From assembly GCA_036630325.1 (NCBI GenBank), contig CP142733.1, positions 1 to 64,000 of the forward strand: a stretch of 64,000 bases of DNA, given 5' to 3'. Positions within the stretch are counted from its first letter, which is position 1. The number at the start of each line of letters is the position of its first letter. Both the position numbers and the translations under genes were made by a program. Of the stretch, positions 14,486 through 26,015 are shown one piece after another. The stretch is from Vairimorpha necatrix (lineage: Eukaryota). The notes under the pieces were generated by a model. It did no database searches. It was not told where the DNA came from and was given only the letters and a program-made list of their open reading frames with translations.

Positions 14486-15426
14486 TTCTCTGTTATAAAA
14501 CCATATATTAAATCATATTTTATATTTTTCATTTTAGTTTATTTATGATAATAAGCTTGATCATTTATAAAATATTGAATTGTGACTAATGATATCAAAT
14601 TAAACATATTAGAAGGTTCTTTTTTTCTTAATGATTTGATTCTTTAAAAGTTTTATTGATATACTATTATTAAATTATTAAAATTTGTATATTCTACTAT
14701 TTTCGTATGACTGAAATTTTTTAATAAAAAAATATTAATTTTTATATTTAAATAGCTTTTACATAAAAAACTAAACTCATTTTCTAAATAGAAAACTTTA
14801 ATCAAAAAAAAATTGCTTATAATTCTAGATAATTTTCTAATAATTATTAATTGTAAACATTTTGAAATAAACATCATTTTTTGACTTTGAGAAATTATGC
14901 CTATATTATGAAGTTCTAAATGCTAAATTTGTAAACAATTTGCGATAAGTTTTCTTTTTAATATTTATTTTGATATATTACAAATTTTTCATAAAATTAA
15001 TGAGTCTTTTAGATTTTAGTATATGACTCAATGGGACGAAGAACAACAAATATTGTTCTTGTCATGTGTTGGATAAAAAATTACTAATTTATTTTTCTTT
15101 TTTAAATGTTTTCAAATAACATTTTATGTTCGAATAAAAGTGCGTAATTATAAAATTAAAAATTGATATGGCGAAAAACTTGTCATAGTATATTTTACTG
15201 TATGATTTAACTTACTATTTGTTTCTTTCTATTCTTTTTAAGCTTCTCAGGATAAATTTTTGATTAATGTTGAAGAGTCGATATATAGAGTCTATTTATA
15301 GAATATAGAAAAGGTATATAATGCTTTCGGTACAAAATATTCTAATTTTGTGGCTATAATTCAAAAATAAATTAGAGTATAGTTTTTCTCTTCATCAAAC
15401 TTTACATTTTTTAATATAACAGATAC

Positions 15427-15470
15427 ACCTACCCAACCTACCTATCTAACCTACCTAACCTACATAACAC
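15427..15470. repeat. Short CCTAA/CCTAC simple repeat (telomere-like, interstitial)
   Basis: CCTACCCAACCTACCTATCTAACCTACCTAACCTACATAAC. Shorter versions occur at ~11405-11428 and ~58545-58557. Confidence 0.5.
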
Positions 15471-15630
15471 GTAAACTCCTAGCCCTTAAAAGGTCCTGAA
15501 TCTTTTGTTTAAAAAATTTATCAGTTAAATCAATATGTAACTAAAATAAATAAAAAAAGAAAATTTTTAATAAAAATTTATCTAACTATTTTTTTTATTC
15601 AATTATTTTTTTTTCAGATTAATGATTATA

Positions 15631-15669
15631 TGTTATACATTTATTTAATAGGAAAGTTCAACCCTAACA
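15631..15669 (-). repeat. 3' LTR of G2 (39 bp)
   Basis: Minus strand reads TGTTAGGGTTGAACTTTCCTATTAAATAAATGTATAACA and is preceded by a purine tract. Confidence 0.9.
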
Positions 15670-18600
15670 TTTCTCCTTCAAACGGATAGTCTCAGGTTAC
15701 AAGCTTCTAATTAATCATTTTTATAATCTTCTAGGTCATAATGTCGTTTTTTAATGTATCTTCCGCTATCAGTCCTTACAATAAAAGTATCATTCTCATA
15801 CTTTCCCATCATTTTACCAACACTTGTAAATCTTCCTTTTGTACTTTTCATCTATTTACCCAAGTTTTTTATCTTGCGATTCTCACAGCCTGATCTACTT
15901 CAAATTTTTCTCTATGCTTTTGTTTAAACTTACTTGCATACACATTCTTTTTATTGTTTTCAATTAAGACTTCTTTTCCTTGTTCTTTCCATGCTTCCAT
16001 TGGTGTATATTTAATCGCTGTGTGTAGAGTGTTATTATAGGTTCTTGCAGCTTGTTCTAGTTTTTCCTCTGGGTTTCCTTCTTTTTTAATGATCATCGAT
16101 TCCCTCATTGTTCAAATACATCGTTCTATTCTTCAATTACTCCTATGAGCTTCTAAACCTACTTTCCATTGCATAATTTCGTTTTCTATACACCAAATTA
16201 CAAAATTCTTACTAAAAATTCCTTATGTTTTCCGTAATATATTCATCTAGGTATCTATCTCAAATATCCATTTTATAAAGTTTTAGACTAATTTCACTAT
16301 CATTATTTTCTATCTTTGCGTCACATATTCTTGTTCTAAGTAGTCCATCCCTAATAGCACGTATCTTTCTATTTGCCAAATATCCAATACGTTAGAAAGT
16401 TTTTTAAATTTCTTAAATATTGTTACTTAATTGCTACCTCCCATCGTTTTTCTATTATTAATGCTACATACTTCACAATTTTTTAGTGTTGTGGTTATCT
16501 GGTACTTCATACCGGACCAGTACCATCTTTGTTTAATCTTATAATGTGTTTCCTTAACTCCTCGATGATTTAATTCCTCATGAACTCTACGAATTTCTGT
16601 ACTCACTTATTTCTTCGTGTTGTATTTATGAATTACTCCTGTTGAGAACTTCCAAAAGTTTTTTCCTCTTCTAACCATGCGCTTTATTTCTTTCCTTTTC
16701 ATCTATTTTTAGCCCGTTTCTACTTTCGCTGCTTTCTTTCACTTCGTTATTTTAAAATCTCTACTAAGAGCATCCACATACGTCATCCATTCGCCTTTTA
16801 CATATTCAATAGTAGAATCATACTCTTGTATATATTATATCTATCTATTAATTATGTAATTATTGAAAAACGGTTTGTTTCTAATCATGGCCAGTCCTTT
16901 ATGATTTGTCATTTATTGAAATTTACTTCCACCCAAATCTGACTCGATTTTCTTTATTCCAAATAAGGCTGCCAACATCTCTTTTTCACTAATCGTATAC
17001 TTTTTATCTGTTGGTGTTATCATTTTTGATGCTCATTGTATCTGAATCCACCTTCCTTCTTTGTCTTCTTGCAATAGTATGGCTCCAATTCCCGTATCGT
17101 ATGCATCTGTTCTTACTCTACACATTTTTTTTCTATCTACTATTTTTAAAATTTTAATTATCTTTAAACCCTCTTTGATATCATAAAAGCTCTTTCCATA
17201 TCTTCGGACCATTCCCATTATACATCTTTTTTTAGTGCTTCTGTAAGAAACGCTGACCGATAAGCATAATGGGGAATAAAATTTCTTGACCAGCCTGCCC
17301 GTCCCTCAAATTCTCTAAGCTCATTTATGTTGTTAGGCCTTCTGTATTCTTTTGTCACTCGGAATTTATTTTCCTTTGGTTTAATTTCTTCTCCGTTAAT
17401 TGTTACTACAATAATTTTACTTCTCCTTTATATTGTATCTTTTTTAGTTTCTTTTAAACCATATTCTTAGAATTTTCGAAATATTTGTTTTAATAAATTA
17501 TCGTGTATATTACTATCACTTACATGAATAATAATATCATCCATGTATACCTCATAACTTATCTAAAACCCCGTTCATCACTCTTTGCATAATATATGGA
17601 GCATTTTTAAATCCCATTACCATGATATTCCATTCGTAAACTCTAACATTTATCTCAGAGGCTGTCTTATGCTTTTGAGCTTTCTCAATTTCTATATGAT
17701 AGAATCCTTACTTTAGGTCTATAACCATAAATACTTTAGAACCTTGCGTTGCCCTAATAATGTTCTAATCAATGGCAATTCATATGGATCTTTTTAAACC
17801 AGTTCGTTTAAAGCCATCAAATTGAATACCGATCTCACTTCACTATTTGGTTTTTCTATGGGCTTTATTAGGCTTCTCCATTCGCTCTTTGTCCTTCTGA
17901 TAATACCTCTACTTTCTAATAAATTAATATACTATTCTAACTTTTCTCGGAGTTTATAAGGAATATTTTGTTTCTTTTTAACTACTTTTACTCAATGTTT
18001 TGTTTTGATAGAACATTTTCTCCCGGTAAAGTATTTTATTTTCCCTTTGTCTTTTCCTAATACCTCAGGAAATTTTCCTTCCAATTCTTCATATTTATTA
18101 ATATTTTTTCTTCTTTTATCTTGATTTGTATTTTTTATATAAAAACTGTTTCTTGAGTTCTTTCTTCCTACCTCCACTGGTAGTCTCAATTTAAAATCAT
18201 TTCCTTTTAATATTTTCACTTTACTATAATCACGAATGCCAAAATATTTAACACTTTTAATTTCATAATTCTCTTCCTGCCTTCCTTTACGCTCCATACA
18301 ACCTCTAGCTATATGTATATTTCTTCCACATATAAAACAATGTTTTCCTTCTCGTCTTTGATATTGAAAGTTTCTTCCTGGCACTGCTACAGTCCTAGTC
18401 AGATCTCTTTTTTTTTCTCTTTTTAATTTTTCTTTCATACCTCTACCTTTTCTTTTAGTTCTCTACACCTTATTTTTTCCTTGTTCTTATTCTCTTTCTC
18501 TTCACAACTAATTTATCAATTTCATCAATAATATCATTCTAATTTATCATACTAATTAAATTTTTATCAATAATAAAATTTTGAAGTTCAGTAATTACTT

Positions 18601-18739
18601 GTTTCGCCATTTCGTTGTCAAATATTGTACATCTTTTTGCATTATGATGATTGTCTCACTCTTCGAGCTTCTTTTAGTAATTTATTGTTCTCTTAAACAT
18701 GGCTCTCACTTGTTAACCTTTCGTATTTTGTGTTCGCCA

Positions 18740-18777
18740 TGTTATACATTTATTTAATAGGAGGTTCGACTTTAACA
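18740..18777 (-). repeat. 5' LTR of G2 (38 bp)
   Basis: Minus strand reads TGTTAAAGTCGAACCTCCTATTAAATAAATGTATAACA and is followed directly by TGGCGAACACAA. Confidence 0.9.
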
Positions 18778-21700
18778 ATATAATTAAAACTTAAAGTATT
18801 TTTGGTGTAATTCTGCGAATAAATTTATTTAATTAAATATTGTAAAAGTAAAAATTACTTCTTTATTTTGTAATATATATTATTGTAAAAAAAGTCATTT
18901 TTGTGTTTTAACATATTTCTTACTGGAAATATTCGTATTACACTAAAAAATAATATTGTTAGATATTCTACAAATAACTTAAATCTCGAATGCTGTACTA
19001 TCGCATATATACAGACACAGGAGCATATACTCTATAGGAAAGCTCATGATAACCTCTTTGAATGATAAAATTAGATCATTATTCAAAGAAAGTAAAATGA
19101 CGTAATATTTTCGAAACATTACGGACTAGATTCCAGTGATTGTTTGAAATACAATACGAATAACTAATTACATTTATTTTTTTTACTTTAATTATATGAT
19201 TTTAAAATAGACCAATGAAAGTAATTTATATTTATCTAAATTTATATGATTTAATTTATTTTTTTAAAAATAAAAAAATTTCGGAAAAAATTGTTTTTTG
19301 GAATTTTTTATTGAATATTTATGCCTACTTAGGAGCTTCAAAGGGATGCGGCTTCTTCTAATGTACAATCTTATTTATCTATGTATTTGCCCAACTGTTC
19401 AGGAAGTCTTTTATAATTACAAATGATATGTGTCTATTTTTTATGTTCTCTTTGGGATTCAATTTTCTATGGTAGAAAATATAATATTTTTAAAATAAGA
19501 GGGTGTGAAAATATTGGATAATTGAAAAATACATCCTATAAAAAATATATTTGATTATATGATCATAATACCCTAGATATGTTTTTTATACTTTTATATT
19601 TCTTTTTATAACCGTTAGATTTAGTTCTTGCTTGATCTATATATAATTTCAATTATGAAAAGAACTAGTTTGATATATTTGATAACCAGTTAATATTGAT
19701 AAATTTTTGCGATTCAGATATGTTGTATATTCAAAATTATTGCGTAAAAAATTGCGGATAGTTATAATGTAACTTAACATTCTCTATGAAAATGTTTTAC
19801 TTAATGTGTTATGTTAAAATGAAATTTTATATAATAAAATAATACATGGATTATTAAAAAATTCTAATTTTAAATTAAATCATTAGATTGATTTCATTCT
19901 ACGAAAATCAAAATGTTTATATCAAAAAAACTCATAAAATTTTTTTTGTTTTAATAATTAAAATTTATTCTATCAATTTATTATTATATTTTTTTATCAA
20001 TTAAAATTTATATTAAATATTATTTTATAATTATTAGAAATCGTCTTTCGCATCTATGTTTAATATGAAATTGGGTTTATGCATTAAAATATTTTAATTA
20101 AACTATTTTCTGTCATTATTAAAGATAAAAATTGTTTTTTTAATTTATACGCTTTTTCATGATATTATCCTTAAATTTATATAAATATCTATTAATTAGT
20201 TGCATTGGGGTTTGTTTATACTTTTAATTAACCCTCCTTAGCTCTTATTGATTTATATTTTTTTATTCTTCGGTTAGTGTAAGGTATTTTTCAATAAATT
20301 TACTAATATTGTATTTATTTTGATTTTATTTTTACTATAATTATAGTATTATTAATAAATACGTGGAATATATGATATTTACTATAAAAATTCGAATGAA
20401 GAAATACGAAATTTATTTCCAGCCTAGTTTTGTGTATAAATTTACAATTTGTATATATATTGATTATTTTATTATGTGAAATGTATTTAATATGTTTTCT
20501 GGCCATTATTAGATTTATTTCTCAGATATTTATCATTGTTCCTATTGAAATAAATTTTTTTTTATAATATTTTTACAGATTATAACCATAAATTTTAAAA
20601 TACTGTTGTAATAAAGGATAACAGAATGAAATGTTGTTCGTTGTGTTCCTCTATAGATGTTTATATTTTATTTTCGTCGTATGTCTTCATGTTTCTTTGA
20701 GACTTTAAATTTTTATTTATGAATTTTCTTGATATTATTGGGTTTTATACTACGTTTTTATAATAATTTTAAAAACTTAAGTTTTCATAAAAAAATGAGT
20801 TTTTTGAATGAAGAACTCTCCAATGCTTCCTTGCGTTAAATAGTATTTTTTGTTTTACTATAAGTATGATTTAAATCATTTATAAAACTTTATGGAATAA
20901 TGATTGTAATTTAATAACTTTAATCTACAATTTTCTAAAACCCTCCATGATACGGTTTCTTTTGAAATACAAATATATGAAAATCTTTAATAGATTATTT
21001 TTAATATTTTTATAAATTTTTCGTTATTGAATCATATGTTTCTCGTGTAGGTTGAATATATCATCATGTTTAACAATGTAGGTGTAATATATTGCATTGT
21101 TATTTTTCGATTGATATATTATTTTTAAAAAAGATTATGTCGTTATATGTTCTAAAACTATTACTTATTCTAATCAGTCGTATGTGTATTATTATGAGCA
21201 AAATTTGAAAATATAAAATTCAATTTAATGATCAAAAAATATTATTTTCGTTTTAGTGGTTGAGACTTCTAGATTTATTAGTCGTGAAAATTTAATTGTA
21301 TAAAAAGTTTCTTTTTTTTACTTATATAGAATAATTTGAACGTTTAGTTTGAATGTTTTTATTAACTTTTCTAAAAGAAAATATTTATTTTCAAAACGAG
21401 TTTTAGTCCAATATGTTTTTTTTTTAAAAAAAGTTATCCTACTACTTTAAATAAATTTTCTTTTAAAATTTTTTTTGTAATATTAACCTCAATTATCTGT
21501 ATTGAAATTGCATTTCGAAAAATATTAGTTGTTTCAAAGATTTTTATTGGCATTATGTTTATTTTACTTGTAGATAAATCCTTGTGTATTAAAAATTTAT
21601 ATTGAAGTAAAAATGTTTCTTGACCTTTTCATACTTAGATTTAATCTAACGCTTTTTTTAAACTATAGACAATATATAATATCAAAATTAAATTTCAATT

Positions 21701-24657
21701 TTTCTTCAAAAATATTGACTATAACGTTTATATTCAAATTTTTAATCTAAAAATTTTAAATATCTGATAATTATAAGACAAAGAATGAAAATTTTTATTT
21801 TATAAGAGGAATTTTTAAGTTTAGTTTTTAAACTAATAATATTTTGTTTTTTTTTTGCTAAATAATAAAAAATTTTGTTTTTTATTTAAATATGTGTAAA
21901 TGAATTCTTTATATTCTAAAAATTTAATTTCTTAAAAATAATTTTAATTTTCGAGACTAACGATATATAAATATAATTTAGGTATTTCTTTTCTCAGTTT
22001 AAATTTGTTTTCTCGAAGTATTACCATTATGTTAATATTTTTATATCCAATTCTAACCTTTAGACTTTTTTTAGATTTTGTAAATAATTTTGAAAACGTC
22101 AAGGTGAAATATTATATAGTATTATAATTGAGAAATATTTTCTATTAACATGTTTTTAGTGGGTTTTTTTAAAATTAAGCTAGTGTTAATCATGTTTGTT
22201 TTATGTTATTACTCTTATATTAATTAAAAAAATTTTCTGCTTAAATATATAAATTTTGAAATATATATTCCGTTTGCGTGTAACTACGGTATATAAGATT
22301 TTTTATAAATATAGCATTTCATAATAAATTCTTAAATGTTATTAACTGTATTGTGTTTATATGCATTTCTATTCCCCCCGTATTTTTGGTTTTATTTTTT
22401 TGCAATATGCGACGCTTTTTTCAAAATCTCGAAACCGTTTTATATACAACAACCTTGTATTAAATTGTATGTGCTATTGTTTACATTTAATTATTCATAA
22501 TTGGAAATTTACTTATTATTTCTTATTATATTATAATATGGAAAATGTATTTAAGTAGTATTTCCCAAGGATTTTTGAAATTTAAGCATAAATGTTGTTT
22601 CTAAACAAAATTCTTTTTAACGTCACTGAACGATTTTACAATGAATAGGTCTGTTTTTATATTGTTAATTTGAAATAAATTTCTTTAAGGCGTCTAATTA
22701 TACGTTAAATAAATGATTTCCCCAATGAATTTATAATTTTACGATATTGTTGAATGAATTTGGAATTTTTTTCTTTCGTATATAAACTTTTTTTATAATA
22801 TTTCGTCTTCATACTTAAATTTTAATCTAATTATTATATAAAAATATTTTACTTAACGGATTTAGGAAGTATTATATACAACAAAAGAGCGAGTATCAAA
22901 TATCTAACCGATAGATATTTGAATTATTTTATTATTTCATTAAAATTAATAATATATTTTTATAAATATAAAAAGTATTGATGATTTTACTTTCAAGAAT
23001 TTTTTGGTCATAATTTCTAATTTTGTGTGGTCAATATGATTGTAAACAACAAATTAATATTTGTGACAAAAGTTTTTTACCAACTTCGTTTTTAAAAGTC
23101 TACAATTTTTTATAATTGAAACTTCTTTAGAATTCTATAAATCAAAAAAATGTAATATACAAGGAAAATCTTAATTCGTTTAAAATTTTTATATAATATT
23201 TGTTTTCGTTTTTTTACCATTAGTAATTATTATACTTTATAACGTGTACATATTGGTCATATAAAAATATAATATAGTTGTTTTTTTAGTATAATTTTCA
23301 TTTTTAAAATTGTCTGATATATTCTAGATAATTAAAAATTTCATTGCTTGTTTTAATTGTATTTAAATTATAATATATGCAATATTAGGGTTTATTTTTG
23401 TTCATCTTAGCGTAGATTTAAAAATAAAAGAAAATTGTATTTCATCTAATATCTTGATCGTATATCTTTATTTTAAATTATTATGTTTATCTTGCAAAGC
23501 AATATGTAGAATCATATGTATATCTTTTCTTTATAATCCCTTTACTATCTAATTATAATAGATGAATATTATTTGTATCACTTCTAAAACAGTGCTATGT
23601 TTGATCGTAAAAGTAATTCCATTTATTTTCTTTCGTACTTATACCAAATGAAAAGAGGAAAGATCAAATTTAAATTATCTTGTTATTACCTATGCTGTAA
23701 ATTTAGATAGATTGTAGAGGTCGTTCCAAAAATATTTTTTTGTAACCAATTTGTCGTTCTTATTTTTCCTTTTTTCTCTGTTCTTCACAGATAAAACTTT
23801 GCTATTTTAAGTCAGAAGACTAAAAATATTTTGCTATTAATAACTTTATGATTGTGTACTTGCTTCAAAATATTCCGCCCTTCATATACAAAATTCTTTT
23901 TTAAATTTTTTCTTTTATTGTAATAATTTTTTAACCACGTAAGTTAAAGGTTAATTATTTTGCATAGATAAACATATAAAAAAATTTATTTTTTGTTGCA
24001 TTATTGGTGTGTTGGAACGTTGTTGGTGAATATTTGATAGTAAACTTTGACAACTGTCCTTATGATGTAATCGTTACTACATACTTCCATGAAACCTTTG
24101 TATTTAGTTTATCAAGTTTTGTTTTTTTAACATTTATTTAAATACTTTAATGCATATACCTAAATTATTTTAGATAGATTTATAATCTTATTTCTTGTAT
24201 ATGAATATATTCTAATTTATTCAACAAATATATTGTTAGACTAAATTATATGTCTTAAATAATTGATATATAGTTCAGACATTTCTTGTAATTAAATCAC
24301 GTAATGTTGCGTTTTAATTTCTTTTTGAAAGAATCTAATTTACTTGTTTTGAAAAATATGTTTTTACCTTGCAAAAAGAAGTAAATATTGCGTTTAATTT
24401 ACGTATTGTGTCCAAAGCCGATTTAATATGATTAACTTTACTTCAAGTTTTCATTTTTATCGATTCTGCACATAAAGCGTTCAATAATTATTTTATGAAC
24501 AGCAAATTATATACTTACGTACTCATACGAAAAGACCATTAAATCTAAATTTCTTAAAATATTATTATACAGATACCTACGTTAGCTTCCTTAAAAAAAA
24601 GTACTAAATTGTGTAAAAAATAATTTAGGAATTAACAATAATAATATTTATTTAGAT

Positions 24658-24910
24658 GTGTCAGGCGCAGACCTGCACTGACAATACGGCTTCCAATTAA
24701 ACAATGATTATTGGTGCTGTCAAACATCACCAAGTGTTGTAAACAAACATTAGACATGTTTGACATTCACAAATCTAATTTAAGAAAAGTGCATGTCACA
24801 TGAAGTACTACGTATTAAGTTGAAATTCGGTTTGATGTTTGTTTGTTTACATCTCAAAGAGTTTGACAGTTAATCTAATTGACTATTTAAACGATTTACT
24901 CCTGACCCAC
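24658..24910. other. GC-richer island with nested inverted repeats (possible structured RNA or non-autonomous element)
   Basis: Complementary pairs TGTCAG/CTGACA (24659-64, 24678-83), CTGTCAAAC/GTTTGACAG (24717-25, 24861-69), TGTAAACAAACA/TGTTTGTTTACA (24738-49, 24840-51) and GACATG/CATGTC. Confidence 0.55.
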
Positions 24911-25204
24911 AATTCGAAGAGCAGAAACAAGAAAATATTATAAATCAATATGTTAGTTTTGACTCACCCTCTTCTACTTAGATTTAGGCTACGTGCCGGA
25001 TCATAAGATGTGTAGATACTCCATAAAGAAAAAAAATTATTAATTTGTCATATATTTATTTCTTGTTTTTTTTTTAATTCATATCGCAATATGGAAACAA
25101 TATAGTTTATTTCAGAAAATAACATAATAAATACCATTGTTATAATATATTTAAACAATCTTTACAAATAAATACAACATAATTACTATTATGTTTTCTA
25201 TTAT

Positions 25205-25412
25205 AAAAAATGAATTATTTCAGGATATGCTAACGGTGTTTTATATTTGTAGTATATTCTGAATAGGTTCCGCGTTAGCGTCTCCTGTTTGTGGGCAGCT
25301 TCTCGGCTCTTAGTCCTTTTGAAATCGAAACCTTCACATCTCTTAGTAGTTTATTGGAATAATTTCGTTTGTCTTCTCTGTTAATCATCTTGATGTACGC
25401 TTCTACTTTCTT
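25205..25412 (-). mobile_element. 3'-terminal fragment of RLE non-LTR family B
   Basis: GAATAGGTTCCGCGTTAGCGTCTCCTG and GATGTACGCTTCTAC are shared with the other family B copies. Confidence 0.85.
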
Positions 25413-25447
25413 ATTGTATTTGATAGTTAAACCTATTTTTTATTTTA

Positions 25448-25485
25448 TGTAGGGTTTAGAACCCTTAATAAATAAATGGTTAACA
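25448..25485 (+). repeat. 5' LTR of G1 (38 bp)
   Basis: TGTAGGGTTTAGAACCCTTAATAAATAAATGGTTAACA. Confidence 0.95.
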
Positions 25486-26015
25486 TGGCGAACACAAGGA
25501 TGAACAGGGAAACAAGAGAGTCCCGTAGTCAAGAGGCTAGAACATTAGAGAAAGAGGCAATTAGGATAGATAAGAGACTAAAGTTAATATTGAAAGTTGA
25601 GTGGAAAGATGTTATGGATTTGGCATCTGCGAACTTGCAGGATTATATTTTTGAAAATTTTTGTGACGGAAGGAGCAGTTGGGAGGAAATTTATAAAGGC
25701 TTACAAAAAGGAGCAGAATTTGAGAGAGAGTCAGAAGAAAGACAAGAAATGATTAAAGAGATTATGGATAAAGTGTTGAAAGAGTTTAGGGAAGAAAGAA
25801 AAGAAAATCTTAGGATGTATAGGAAAAGAAGAGAAATCAGAGAAACTACAAAATGTTTTATATGTAAGAAAGAAGGGCATTACGCTAGAAAATGTCATGA
25901 AAGTGTAGCTGGTAGGGAAAAATATAAAATTAAAAAGGAACAAGTTTTACAGAAAGAACCAATTATCAACAATGAAGGGAAAAGATGTAAAACAGTAAAT
26001 AAGTTAGAAAATTAA
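25476..26015 (+). CDS. gag: Short Gag-like protein with CCHC zinc knuckle (true start probably ATG at 25485)
   Basis: CFICKKEGHYARKC = CX2CX4HX4C. Confidence 0.88.
   Translation: MVNMANTRMNRETRESRSQEARTLEKEAIRIDKRLKLILKVEWKDVMDLASANLQDYIFENFCDGRSSWEEIYKGLQKGAEFERESEERQEMIKEIMDKVLKEFREERKENLRMYRKRREIRETTKCFICKKEGHYARKCHESVAGREKYKIKKEQVLQKEPIINNEGKRCKTVNKLEN
25486..25497 (+). promoter_or_regulatory. Primer-binding site (PBS)
   Basis: TGGCGAACACAA starts with TGG (complement of tRNA 3'-CCA) directly after the LTR, and is identical in G2. The primer tRNA was not identified. Confidence 0.8.

Larger units (their letters stand above)
15631..18777 (-). mobile_element. Decayed Ty3/Gypsy LTR retrotransposon with ultra-short LTRs (element G2)
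   Basis: Broken gag (CFICGRNIHIARGC), RT (GYEVYMDDII), RNase H (VRTDAYDTGIGAIL) and integrase (YNNTLHTAIKYTP) fragments. PBS TGGCGAACACAA and PPT GAAGGAGAAA are present. Flanks are TTATA/ATATA, a 4/5 TSD match. Confidence 0.93.

Noticed and set aside
1861-14877. Short 60-80 aa ORFs in the track (also 20315, 22361, 32624, 32839, 45647, 56955)
   Set aside because: Low-complexity F/I/L/K/N composition and often non-ATG starts. Those inside the duplication are not preserved as ORFs in the other copy.
15427-15470. True telomere
   Set aside because: Short, imperfect and internal.
19800-24600. T-skewed gene desert as a centromere or origin candidate
   Set aside because: No repeat or motif evidence; skew alone is insufficient.
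26005-26015. Programmed -1 gag-pol frameshift
   Set aside because: No canonical X XXY YYZ heptamer, and the G2 copy reads through this junction in frame.
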